64,000 nucleotides of DNA from Octopus sinensis (lineage: Eukaryota). The stretch is from positions 63,302,001 through 63,366,000 of the forward strand of contig NC_043006.1 of NCBI RefSeq assembly GCF_006345805.1. The letters run 5' to 3'. A program made the position numbers and the translations under genes. Below, in pieces: positions 11,913 through 24,029 of this stretch (position 1 is the first letter of the stretch; each line of letters opens with the position of its first letter). Below the pieces are notes generated by a model, which made no database searches, had not been told where the DNA came from, and was given only the letters and a program-made list of their open reading frames with translations.

Positions 11913-13652
11913 ATGCGAACACACCCACAATTTTGTCCTCCAATCCCTACTTCACTTTAACTGGCTTTCAGTAAGACGTCTTTTGATTTTCAAGTCTCTC
12001 AGCATGCAATTAATAAGCTATGCCAAGTAAAATAAGTTTGTGTGCCATAACGAGCAACTAATTCTGATATTACGAGCAGCTGCCTTCTAATAACTTATAA
12101 ATTATTTTACAATTAATAAAAACGAGTAACATCACTTCTACTCTTTATAAACGTTTCGTCCTGAAAAGGTCAAGAGTCGGTCACCATATGAACAAACATT
12201 TATCTACTAACATATTTGTTTTAATCGTATTCATCTTAAATCATAATGATAAAAATTATCGTCATTGGCAGAACAGGGATCGGTAAATGAATTGAACTCT
12301 GGAGTTAATTACTTGACGTTGTTTTACATCTTGATTTACAAAACAACCGACTATTGAGTACGATATGATAAAGTATCAGTCAAGTATGGGTTCGACTTTT
12401 ACTTCGCCCAACAAATATTCCATTTCATATCTATTAAAAAAGGGGAAACTATCCACCCAAATTCAATAATCAAAACAGGCCGTAGATACACTGTAATGTG
12501 AGTTTCAGAAGGTAGATAATGACGGTGCTTGTCTCCTTTCTATTTTTTTTATGTGGAACTTCAAAAAGAATAGATAGGAATTTACATGTTTTGTTAGGAG
12601 TTTTTTAGAAAATTAATTGTATTTTGCGAAGAAAGGTTTATTAATTGTAAGCAAATAAATAAAAATTCAAAATAAAACAAAACCAGGTTTTTATAGAAGG
12701 TAAACTGAAAAAGAAAACAAATTACTTGACAGAATACATTTATTTAACAAGTAATATATGATTTTCTAATAGAAAATAACATTTTGAACTGTAAACTACT
12801 TTATAGTAACAATAATAAAAGCAATAAGGTACGTGAGTTTCACCAATTGAAGGGATCAAGGGCTCGCGTTGAGAAACAGGAAAACTCTTCCCAACTTTCC
12901 TCTTCTGTAAATACCAGAATATATATATAGTCAGTAGATATGAAATATTTGGCGGTAAAAACGTCTGCCTGACAGGTCTGTGGGACAAAGACAAGTACGT
13001 CTTAAACCCTTGTTGTACAAAGAAAACAAAATTAACTTATCTTGCATTTCAAAATGCAACGCGCTTTTCCTATGCGCCTGAAAGAACAATTATTGGCAGC
13101 CCTAATCGATGTGTTGAAACTGAACGACATAAAAAGATTGAACATTAACATAAGAAAATGCTGTCTATAGTAAAGTTGCTGCACTCGAAAGCTATAGTCA
13201 ACCAATAAGGTCTTTATTAGGTTGAAAAGTAGTGTAGTTCAAATTGAGCTTCAAGTTTTACAATTATGGGACTGAACAAATCCCTGATCTCTAAATTATT
13301 GTATCCATTCCATCAGAAATAAATTTACTATAAATTCCATAAACAGTCTGATCTCATAGAAACTACATAAAAAAGGTGGATCAAAAGGGATCGTAAAAGG
13401 GACGGAAGAAAAAAAGGGGTGGAAAGAAAACGATCAATAGGGAGCATGTATCACAGTGTAAAGTGTGAAGGGGGAAGCAGATAAGGTTTATCCGTGGGAA
13501 GAAAATCCTACGGAAAAGACCACGGTAACCTCGGTCAATGATGTTACATGTTACCACATTTGTTTGCAAGTAGGTAACCCTCTGTTTTAAATTTTCCGGG
13601 TTCATAGGATTATGCTCAAGGTGGTTTCGTCATTCATACGTACCATCCTTGC

Positions 13653-13750
<98 letters not shown>

Positions 13751-15380
13751 TGCGTGTGTGTGGGTGTATATCTGTGTGTCTGTATGTGTCTGTGTGTTTT
13801 CTAGTGTCTGTTTTTCCTTTAGTTTTTAACTTATACAAATCATCAAATGAGCCAATGAGGTACCGTGTGATTGTTCAATTTGCTAGAAATAACAGCTAAA
13901 TCCCCCACATACTATGCTTTTGTTAGTAATAAGGAAAGGGAAATTGTTTACTCCTCTCCATCATTACGATTAAAATTAATATTTTTGATTTTATTCGGCT
14001 CTATGAATTTAATTTTTTAAATGTTTCTGTTCATTGCTTGACAGAGGAAATTGAAAAATCCCGACCAAAACAGGGAAATTCTAACTTAACAAAAACTGTA
14101 CAAAGAGAAAGAAATGGTTCTGTTTTCCAAAGCCAAAAGATGTGTTTTTAGCTGAGGTGTAATTTCATAATTAAAACAAATTCAAAATTTATATTTCAGA
14201 ACAAAAGACTTTCCACGTTATATAGCCACAGTTCAAACGGGTACAAACCGAAAACAAATGTGTGTGGGGGGTGTCTAATAGCCAGGGGTCAATTTACGTT
14301 CAATCGCAGAAAGGAATTCAAAACGGCAACACACGCAATCATATACATACAAACATACCCATACATACACACACATACACAAATACATACATTAATACAT
14401 ACCTTGTTATCTCTTTATACTTTTTACTTATACTTCTTTATTTCTTATATATTTTTATATACATTTATATATTTTTTGTACATATATTTTTTACATTTTT
14501 ATAGATATATTGTTTTATAGGTTTATTGCTCTTATATTTTTTACATATATCTTTTCTGTATTCTACCTTCGACTCTGCATTTTTCCTGTGCATATATAGA
14601 CGTGTATATGGACTCTTTTGTGCGCGCGCGTATGTGTGCACGTGCATGCGAGTATGTGCGAGTATAACGCCTTTTTTACTCATAATTTTTTACATATTTT
14701 TTACACATTTTCCTGTATTTTGCCTTTAGCCCTGTTTTTTCTTGTGTATGTGCGTATATAGACGTGTATATGAACTTTTTGTGCGTGTGTGTGTGTGATG
14801 TGTGCGTATATAGACGTGTGCGGATATGAGCGTATATAGACGTGTGTGTGTGTGCGTGCATACGGGTATGTGCGTATATAGACGTGTTTTACTCTTATTT
14901 TTTATACTTCTTTACACTATTTTCTGTATTGTTGCCCTTAGACCTGCTTCTTTCTTGTGCCTGTGCGTATATAGCCATGTGTATGAACCTTTTTGCTGCG
15001 TGTGTGTGGGTGTGTGTGTATATATATATATTATTTTTTTTGTGAATGGTGGGGGTGGGAATGTGTGTGTTTCAAGTGAAGGTGGATGAATGCATACTTA
15101 TATGCGCGTGTTTGTGGGTGTGTGGACGCGCATGTGTAGGTATGGATATGCGCACTTACGTGAATACTATGAATACTTTTACCCCTTACTTTTGCTCCCG
15201 CCCCTCACTTAGCGGTCATTCAAATAGCTCTTTTGTGTTAATCACACAGTAATTTCCCTTTGTTTAACGGTCATTTTCATAGCAGTTTTTTCCGATGGCC
15301 GGATAACTGAAGAGAAGGCGGCTTAGATTTCCACCCCGACATCCAAAAGTTTTATCATGGCTACCGAATAATTGTCACAT

Positions 15381-15726
15381 ACTCTTTTACTGTTTTACTT
15401 GTTTCAGTCATTTGACTGTGACCATGCTGGAGCACCGCCTTTAGTCGAGCAAATCGACCCCAGGACTTATTCTTCGTAAGCCTAGTACATATTCTATCGG
15501 TCTCTTTTGCCGAACCGCTAAGTTACGGGGACGTAAACACACCAGCATCGGTTGTCAAGCGATGTTGGGGGGGGGGACAAATACAGACACACAAATACAC
15601 ACACACATATATATATATACATATACATATATACGACAGGCTTCTTTCAGTTTCCGTCTACCAAATTCACTCTTATGGCTTTCGTCGGCCCGAGGCTAAA
15701 TGTGCCACACAGTGGGACTGAAGCCC
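15381..15726 (-). mobile_element. SINE family A, internally deleted
   Basis: CTTGTTTCAGTCATTTGACTG..GCTGGAGCACCGCCTTTAGTCGAGC tail, internal microsatellite, partial head; a further fragment lies at 16217-16313. Confidence 0.9.
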
Positions 15727-15987
15727 AATAAATATATATATATACACACACACACATATATATATATAGAGACATATACATACAAACACATATAGATACA
15801 TACTCATATATAAGTATACACACACAAAAATCAACATATATACATCTACACAAACAAAATTATACAGGTATATAATCAAAACTGGATGTACACATACGTA
15901 CGAAAAAAACAAGTGTAAAAAATGCATCCACTCATATACATGTACACTCCTATATATATAGATATATATACATATACATATACATAT

Positions 15988-16079
<92 letters not shown>

Positions 16080-16150
16080 TACAGATACATATACATATAC
16101 ACACATATACACAAACATAAATATACACATACACATAAAAAACGTTTTAT

Positions 16151-16218
<68 letters not shown>

Positions 16219-16928
16219 CGACGAGTTTCTTTTAGTTTCCATCTACACAATCCACTCATAAGGCTTCGGTCGGCTAAGGCTATACTAGAAGACACTCGCC
16301 CAAAATGTCACACATGTGTGTGTGTGCGTACACGCACACTTATATAGGTTTATAAGTTCTCTTAAGTTTCTCATTTTATTTTATTTCATCGAATATAAGA
16401 AATATTTGTCTGTAACTTTGCTTCCCATCATTCCATATTTGATAAAATTGAACTGTGGGACACGTATATTCGATGAATAAATTGACAAACCCTCCTTCCT
16501 AGCTCCTGACCTTGTGCCAATGCTAGATTTTATTATTCTCTTTCTCATATACATTGAAGTACAACAGTTATCTGTGGTGAATATTAATTTTGTTTCCATT
16601 ACTATTAATTAGACTTCTCTAATTAGGAAACCACCAGTTTTTGGAGAATATTTTCTCGGTAAATTATCAGAGGCTTCAATAGCACATTTTCCCGTCTCTC
16701 GACGACTTTATTTAGTTCTAAAGCTTCATATTTAATTAACATTTTGTGATCAGAATGGCATAAGCAATTTTGTGAAATTATTCATTTCTTCTCATTCTCA
16801 TTTTCATTGATAAATTTCTAAAGTGTTACGCTTGTTATGTAACTTCATCGTTACACAAAGGCTGTACTACAGAAACGCTTTATAATTAAATTATTATTCA
16901 TAACTTTAGTCTCCTCTTTCAATAACAG

Positions 16929-17135
16929 GCATACCACGTATACAAGACTCGAGGGAAAGAACAACAGCAACAGCAGTCGCATTCGACAATGTTAGCACGA
17001 ACTGGCAAATTCGTACCAGGCTCCAAGTCAACAACAGCAGTGTTAAGTACATTTACCTCAAGTGGCAATCCTTCTGCCATTGGAGACAAAACAGAGGAAG
17101 GAGAAAATGAAAGTTTCCTTGAGAAAGATATACAG
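16929..17135 (+). CDS. GPR158: GPR158/GPR179-like GPCR, coding exon (proximal C-tail)
   Basis: ctctttcaataacag|GCA TAC ... ATA CAG|gtgag, 207 bp, phase 0/0. Encodes AYHVYKTRGKEQQQQQSH...FLEKDIQ and joins GSK to EEFRRLY in frame. Confidence 0.85.
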
Positions 17136-17244
17136 GTGAGCAAAAATGTTTAAATTGATGGTGGTTTAAGCTGGAAACTTCCCATTTCCTATCTCTTATA
17201 AAATTTATTTTATGGAATTTGGTGTTGATGTTATTGATGTTGTC

Positions 17245-17408
17245 ATTTAGCCCAGGGCCAGCCTTGATTAAATAGAAATGTGATCAAAAGCATGATCAAA
17301 AGTAATCCATCGGTATCCGTCCTATTCTTTCTTCATGCACAGTGCTTTCAAAGCCACAGTATCCGATATATCCTGTAATTTGAAGGAGATTTCGCTGCTA
17401 TTTCTAAC
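17245..17408. repeat. Dispersed repeat family B (TTTAGCCC...GCTGCTATTTCTA)
   Basis: Near-identical inverted partner at 19360-19512; other copies at about 13860-13920, 24040-24270, 24290-24490, 24985-25170 and 25210-25430. Confidence 0.75.
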
Positions 17409-17703
17409 AGAGTAATTTCTACATGATTTACATTATTCACATTTGACGGGTATTTGTCCTCATCTTGTTTGTTGTTAACACAACGTTTCGGCTGATATAC
17501 CATCTAGCCTTCCTAGGGAGTCTTGTAAATAATGTAAATAATGTACATAATTCCTCATCCCTTAAATATAGAACTGTTGAATAATCTCTGTTGTTGATTT
17601 ACATCCTCTTTCAAGTGTATTTTCTGCGTTTATTTTTCTGTTTAACAATCAATCAGTTGGCTGTATATAACTGGATGTATATAATTGAATGTATATAATT
17701 GTG

Positions 17704-17985
17704 AAGGTGCAGGTCTAGTGGTTTGGCATTTACACTTACGATCATTAGATTGGGAGTTTAATTCCCAGACCGGACGGCACATTGTGCTCTTCAGCAAAAT
17801 ATTTCATTTCACGTTGCTCCAATCCTATCATCGGAATGGTTAAGACAATGTTGGCTTGTTTGCCTAGCCAATGGGATGACGTCATTCGAAGGCTAAAATG
17901 GTGTAAAACGCATTGTGACCATTGATCTGTAACAACATCTGGTAGTCTAATTGACCATGTGATCACGTGATATATGTAATTAATT
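17704..17985 (+). mobile_element. tRNA-derived SINE, additional family
   Basis: A-box-like CTAGTGG and B-box-like GAGTTTAATTCCC, then TTGTGCTCTTCAGCAAAATATTTCATTTCACGTTGCTC; a related fragment lies on the minus strand at about 31930-32000. Confidence 0.6.
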
Positions 17986-18123
17986 AGTTTTATGAGACAT
18001 CCACATTAAGCACTGCTTGTTTCTTTTGATTTCATGAGAGTCTGATAGAAGCTCTTCTTGGATATATGTAGACACATGCATGGATTGAGGGGTCAGCCTT
18101 TCAGCTATGTTTTGTCGGAGTCA

Positions 18124-18176
<53 letters not shown>

Positions 18177-18189
18177 GCAAGTATGGGTA

Positions 18190-18770
18190 AAGGACGACAC
18201 AAACCGTAAACAACATGAAATACGAAAACAAAAGAGTTGAATATTCAAACAACGAGAGAAACAAACGGAAAACAAGACAAGTAACATAAAGAATGACCCT
18301 TCATCAGTTGTCGGCTGTCTATCTATTCCCCATTTCGAGCATTGAACGACAATATGAGTGCCGCAAACCAAAATAAAATTTGGGATTTGCGGAGTGTCAA
18401 AGTTGGTAACAAAAACAGGACAGTGGAGACATACAAGGAAACCAAACGAAAACAACCATGGACGGTCGTTATACCAGACGAAGGTAAAATAGCGAACGCT
18501 GGAGAAATAGTTTCTTTGACAGGAGAAAAGATAGAAGAGACAGAGAAAGATAGGATATGTGCAGTCTCTACGACAGCCCTGGAGGAAAAGAAAGATAATC
18601 ACGTGAAGAAAAGAAAGATGGACGATTGCCACGTGTGAGCAACGAAGGAGAGAGAGTATAAGAGAAAGAGGGAGACAGACAGACAGACAGATAGAAAACG
18701 CTGACGAGGAGAAAAACGGAATTAGAGAAAGGATGAGAGAAAAGGATAGTGGGAGAGAGAACAGTATAGG
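18190..18770 (-). mobile_element. Non-coding pyrimidine-rich repeat, probably a PLE 3'-end derivative
   Basis: Shares GCTCGAAATRGGGAATA...ACAGYCGACAACTGANGA with the arms of the 29530-30530 element. Confidence 0.45.
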
Positions 18771-18777
18771 GTAGAGT

Positions 18778-18824
<47 letters not shown>

Positions 18825-19563
18825 CTATGCGTGTATATATGCATGTATGTAAAAAATCAGGAAAGTGGGAATTTGGGGGTTTATTTATTTTACGTGTTTA
18901 ATTTATTAATAGGAATTAAAAAGATTTACACGTTAGATGGACATCTAAGGAATTTGCAATTAGAGATTCGTCAGAGAAAACACCTGGGATTTACCCAAAC
19001 TATATGTGCATGTATGTGTGTGTGTGTGCGCGCGCGCGTGCGTTTGTGTGTATACACGTGAGAATGTGTGTGTGTTTATATTATTTTGTATCTCTTCGTG
19101 TCTCATAGCTTAACGGCTCGGCAAAGTAAATTCGATAAAGTAAGTACTTGATTGAAATATATGTGTACTGGGATCGATATGATCGACCAGATTCTAATGA
19201 GTGAAATTAGAAAGCGAATAAAAGAATAGTCATGTTTTATTCTTGCATGACACGCGCCTTCGCAAATTATATAAATTCCATTGATTAATAATAAAACAGA
19301 AAAATAAAATAGAAAAATATGCCTGAAAGAGGAATGTTAACCAACAAAACAGTTTATTATGCTAGAAATAGCAGCCAAGTCTCCTTCAAACTAGAGGACA
19401 TATCGGATAATCTGGCTTTGAAACCACTGTGTATGAAGAAAGAATGGGACAGATACTTTTGATCATACTTTTGATCACATTTCTGTTTAATCAGACTGAC
19501 CTTGGACTAAATTAGCAGAAATTTTCAGCTAATTAAAGTGTGTCACTTCATGATGTATATGTA

Positions 19564-20836
19564 TCAGGTTCAGTAAAAAGTAAGCAATGATTTTAACGAT
19601 GAAGAATTTGTACCGGATTTTTGCAGAGCTTTGAATTTTTTTTAAACATTTTTTTTTTTTTACAATTGTCTAGACATAGACTTGTTCAGATGCATCAATA
19701 ATTTCACATATATATGTTTTCACCGTTGTTACAATCATCTGAAATGGAACTATCAAAGCGCGATGTTCGAACAATTTTCCTACTCAACTTCAAAAAAAGA
19801 CGTAAAGCAGCTGAAAATGCTCGCGCTATCAACGAAACTTTTGGTGAAAAAATGACCAGTGAATGGTCAGCTCGAAAATGGTTAAACGATTTCGCAGTGG
19901 AGACCTGAGTCTTGAAGATCGTGATCGTAGTGGACGCTCATCTGTCATTGATGATGGCCAATTAAAGACCGTCATTGACAAAGCTTCGCATAAAACCACT
20001 CGAGAACTGGCAAAAGAACTTCAAGTTAGCCAGAAAACTGCCTGCAGCCATTTGCATGCGATCAGAAAATCAAAGATGCTCGACAAATGGGTACCACACG
20101 GTTTGAATGAAATTCAGAAAATGCGTGGATATGAAATTTACTCGTCGCTTCTTCTCCGTAACCAGACGTATCCATTTCTTGACCGTATTGTAACTTGCGA
20201 TGAAAAGTGGATTCTGTACAATAATAGAAAACGTTCTTCGCAGTGGTTGGACCACAATGAAGCACTGAAAATTTTCCCTAAACCCGAACACTTCAAAAAG
20301 GTTATAGTGACTGTTTCGTGGTGTAGTGCTGGACTTATCGACTATAACTTCTTAAAACCCGAAAAAACCAATACTGCAAAAACATATTGCCACGAAATTA
20401 CCAAAATGAACGAAAAACTGCTATTCCTCCGTGCCAGACTGGTCAACAGAAGACGGCCAATCAGTCTTCATGACAATGTTCGATCACACGTTTCACTAAT
20501 GACGCCTCTCCAGAAGTTAAGGGAACGTGGCTTCTAATTTCTTCACCACCCAGCTTATTCCCCAGACCTTTCTCCTACCGACTACTACTTTTTCAAGCAC
20601 CTTCATGGTTTCCAGCGAGAGAAAGAGTTCAAAAATCAAACCGATACTGAAAGTGCGTTCAAAGAGTTCATCAGCTCCAGAACTCCAGGTTTTTATGTTA
20701 CCAGAATAAACAAACTTGTAACACGTAGGCAAAAATGTAAAGGTACTTACTTTGATGAATAAAATTTCCGCATTGTTGAAATATATTGTGATGAATTTTA
20801 TGTTTCAAAACGTTGCCTACTTTTTATTCTGCCTAA
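19564..20836 (+). mobile_element. Full-length mariner (DD34D) transposon, pseudogenised
   Basis: About 1.27 kb, TA-flanked TIRs (TCAGGTTCAGTAAAAAGTA / reverse complement TTAGGCAGAATAAAAAGTA). WVPH, TCDEKW, LHDN, HPAYSPDLSPTDY; frameshift near 19880 and a stop near 20535. Confidence 0.95.
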
Positions 20837-22078
20837 TATAACGTGACGTTAAATATCTTTGACACAAGTAATTAAAATCAGTGATGCATTTTCAACGAAC
20901 GTCTTTTCGGCTAACAATCTGGCAGCAAGAATATCGATTCAGCTGTTTCGCAGACTAACATTATATTACTGGTACTTACCGATGACGGAGGAATAACGTT
21001 CAAATTTTAAACATGAAACTATCATGGTTTAAGAAACGGAAGCAATACTTCTAGTGTGTTCACATCCACTGGCCAATATTACATTGATTACATTAAAGTG
21101 ACGAAACAAATTGCAAAGCAACGTGTAAATATTGGCCAGTAGGTGTACTCGTAGCTATTTTCTGATGACTTGGCGTTATAAACATTAAATTGCGATAAAA
21201 CATAATTAATAATAATTACATAATTATTTAAGTATATATATTTCTAAGAACGAATACACTGAGGTTGTTTTGAGTTGTCTTCTAAAATTATTCACATAAG
21301 CAACTATAGTTAAGTTTCTTCTACGAAGGAACTTATGTACTAACAACTCTCTCCTTAATATTCTTCGTAATTTTATCTCATCATCTGAAAAAAACTAAGA
21401 TTTAAAGTTGAGCGCTGTATTGATTCGGTACTCTGCCACCGTCTGAGAAGCTGGTGGTTCGTATGGTATCATCGGGCAAGCACAGTGTCTGTAACCACGA
21501 AACGGCCGGGTTTATTTAACTGTAAGTATAGTCAACGTGACTCAACTCTGGGATTCCAAAAGATTCCTTTCCTTGGGCTGCTAAATATTTTATTTTCTCT
21601 CACTGAGAAGCTATCTACCAGAGGACAGCTTTCTATTCAGGGAAAGATTTATTTCCTTACCTGTTTTATTTCTACAGAGACGTGAACGCCATCAAACTAG
21701 CGAAAAAGATATTTATGTGATTGTTTGAGCTATTGAAATAAGAGCCAATTTTCCCTCAAGTCATACTTTATACTGTAAAGAAGGAGGCCGCATTCGATAA
21801 TGTGGTTTATATACATTTTATCTGAAAAACGTGACAATGATCAAACAAATTTATTACGAAACACCTTTGATCAAAGGTTCTGCCTGGGGTTAAGCAACAA
21901 CAGTAACAACTAGATACTTGTGAATGAGAAAAAATATGAAAAGTTTCAATTTCGATAGTCCATCGTCAAACCCTTTGAACGTTTTATTGAGAAGTCTCGA
22001 AATCTTATTTACTTAATCACAAAGTAATATACTTCAACATATCAAATTGTTTCAAAGTAGTATCGTTATCAAATTCTA

Positions 22079-22930
22079 TTAGGTTAGCAACTAAGTTCCC
22101 GCCGTTTTTTTTTTTTTAAAATTTTAAAAGGTTTAATAAAAAATAACAACTGATTAATTGCTGTTTACAACTTCTTCCCAACGTCCAACAAGATTTTCAA
22201 TACGTCGTTGGTAGAAATCGCCCGATTTCGACTCGAAAAATTGATCCAACAAAGCTCTCAATTCTGCATCAGTATTGAACGAAACTCCACGCATATCATT
22301 TGAAAGAGATCGAAAGAGGTGGAAATCCGTTGGTGCCAAATCAGGAGAGTACAGCTTCAGCGAGTGTGGCAGCACTTCCCAGCCACGCGTTTGAATGGCC
22401 TCCTTGGTCATATTGGCGATATGAGGGCGGGAGTCGTTGTCGTGCAGCAAAATAACTCTATGCTGACGATTAGGTCTTTTCTCTTGAATAGCCGTGTTGA
22501 GTCGTTCCATTTGTTGAACATCTGTTCTTTCACTTAAAGCATGCAGAACCCATACTCCATACTTCTGAACCTTTCCCATCTAGTGAAGATGCTTCTCTAA
22601 AGCAAAGTGGAAGCATAACATTTTCTCTGCTAGTTCCCTTATCGTTTGACGAGTATTTTCGTGCAAAAGTTGGTTTAATAGCTCTTCATCGAACTCAACT
22701 GGACGGCTAGAACGAGGTGCGTCTTTGAGGTCAAAATTTCCATTTTTGAACTTGGCATACCAATCACGAGCGGTTCTTTCAGCTATAGCACCATTTCCAT
22801 ACACAGCACAAATGTTGCGAGCAGCTTTTGCGACCTTAGAACCTTGGTTAAAATTTAAAATGAGGTGTCCAAAATGCTTGTTTTCTTAACTTGACATTCC
22901 ATTTGAAAATATACAAAAATTAACTAAAAT
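22079..22930 (-). mobile_element. Mariner transposon, internally deleted
   Basis: TA|TTAGGTTAGCAACTAAGTT TIR at 22079. AERTARDWYAKFKNGNFDL, WVLHAL, LLHDN, YSPDLAPTDFHLF; the first catalytic Asp region is missing. Confidence 0.9.
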
Positions 22931-22964
22931 TAACTAGAAAAAAAAATAAATAAATAAATTCGAA

Positions 22965-23293
22965 AAGGAGTGATGCTTCATCAGGACAATGCGCGACCCC
23001 ACACTGCAACAATTCCTCATCTACCTCATTCTCCCGACCTTGCTTCTTCAGACTACCATTTGGGGGACATAACTTTCGCAAGCTAAAAGGAGGTCGAAAC
23101 TGACATTTCAGAGTCCTTCACTTTGAAACCAAAAGAGTTTTACATTGATGGGATTAAAAAGCTTGTAAATAGATTGAAGGAAGTCATAGATAATCAAGGA
23201 AATAACATTGATGAATAAATTTCAATTAAATATAACATTTGATCACTTGTTTTCTTTATTCCAAATTCGGACAGAACTTATGGGATGACCTGA
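22965..23293 (+). mobile_element. Mariner 3' fragment with TIR
   Basis: LHQDNARPH, HSPDLASSDYH, FYIDGIKKLVNR; TIR GGACAGAACTTATGGGATGACCTGA|TA. Confidence 0.85.
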
Positions 23294-23654
23294 TACATAG
23301 AAATTAACAAACAGAGAGCGCTGTTCCATGTTTGTGTGTGCATTAACGTGTTATGAATAGGATCGTTATTATAAATGTCGTTATTATTATCATATCATAC
23401 CTTTTTCACACTACACAAACGACAAATCTGAAATAGAAAATAAATTTATAAAGCGACAAATTTTAAATCTGGAGTTACTTTTAGGACCTCCAGTATATGT
23501 TTTTTTTTTTTTTTACATACGCGATTGAATGTATATCTATCTCTGGTAATATCTTTCAATACATCTAATATTATCTTCTTTTTATGTTGTTGTTTATAGG
23601 TTATGAAAAAGAACAGTTTCGTTTTGTTGATCTTTGTCTTATTTTCTCCAACAG

Positions 23655-23864
23655 GAAGAATTCCGCCGCCTATACACTCAACTGGAATTACTTAAACAGC
23701 GAAACATGAAGTTAGGCAATCCTCACTTACAGCATAAACTGTCGGCAATGACGGAAGCGGCAAAAAAAGATGATTTGCCAGAGTCGACTCCGTCATCACC
23801 GAACATTAACGGGAAACGTGTGGTAATCAACTTGGACGACTATCACGAGGCTACAAGCTTATAA
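23655..23864 (+). CDS. GPR158: GPR158/GPR179-like GPCR, last coding exon with stop
   Basis: ttttctccaacag|GAA GAA TTC ... TTA TAA. Encodes EEFRRLYTQLELLKQRNMKLGNPHL, matching GPR158 ELKKLYAQLEIYKRKKMITNNPHL. Confidence 0.92.
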   Translation, partial: EEFRRLYTQLELLKQRNMKLGNPHLQHKLSAMTEAAKKDDLPESTPSSPNINGKRVVINLDDYHEATSL

Positions 23865-24023
23865 GAAGCATAGCAAGATGGTAAGAATGAAATAGCTTGC
23901 CTTGCCGAATCTCTTATTTCTACGTGGCAATAATCTTCAATCAAATATGAGCCACATATAACAGACAAGACAATTGTCTATATTATGATGCGCTACTATT
24001 ACGCAATTATATTTAGCTTTCTT

Positions 24024-24029
24024 AATAAA
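24024..24029 (+). promoter_or_regulatory. Candidate polyadenylation signal
   Basis: First AATAAA noticed, about 160 nt after the stop codon; the AT-rich context makes it weak evidence. Confidence 0.3.

Noticed and set aside
18105-18782. 225-aa hydrophobic minus-strand ORF and 98-aa charged plus-strand ORF
   Set aside because: Both come from a CT-rich repeat that shares blocks with another repeat in the window; no recognisable domain or splice context.
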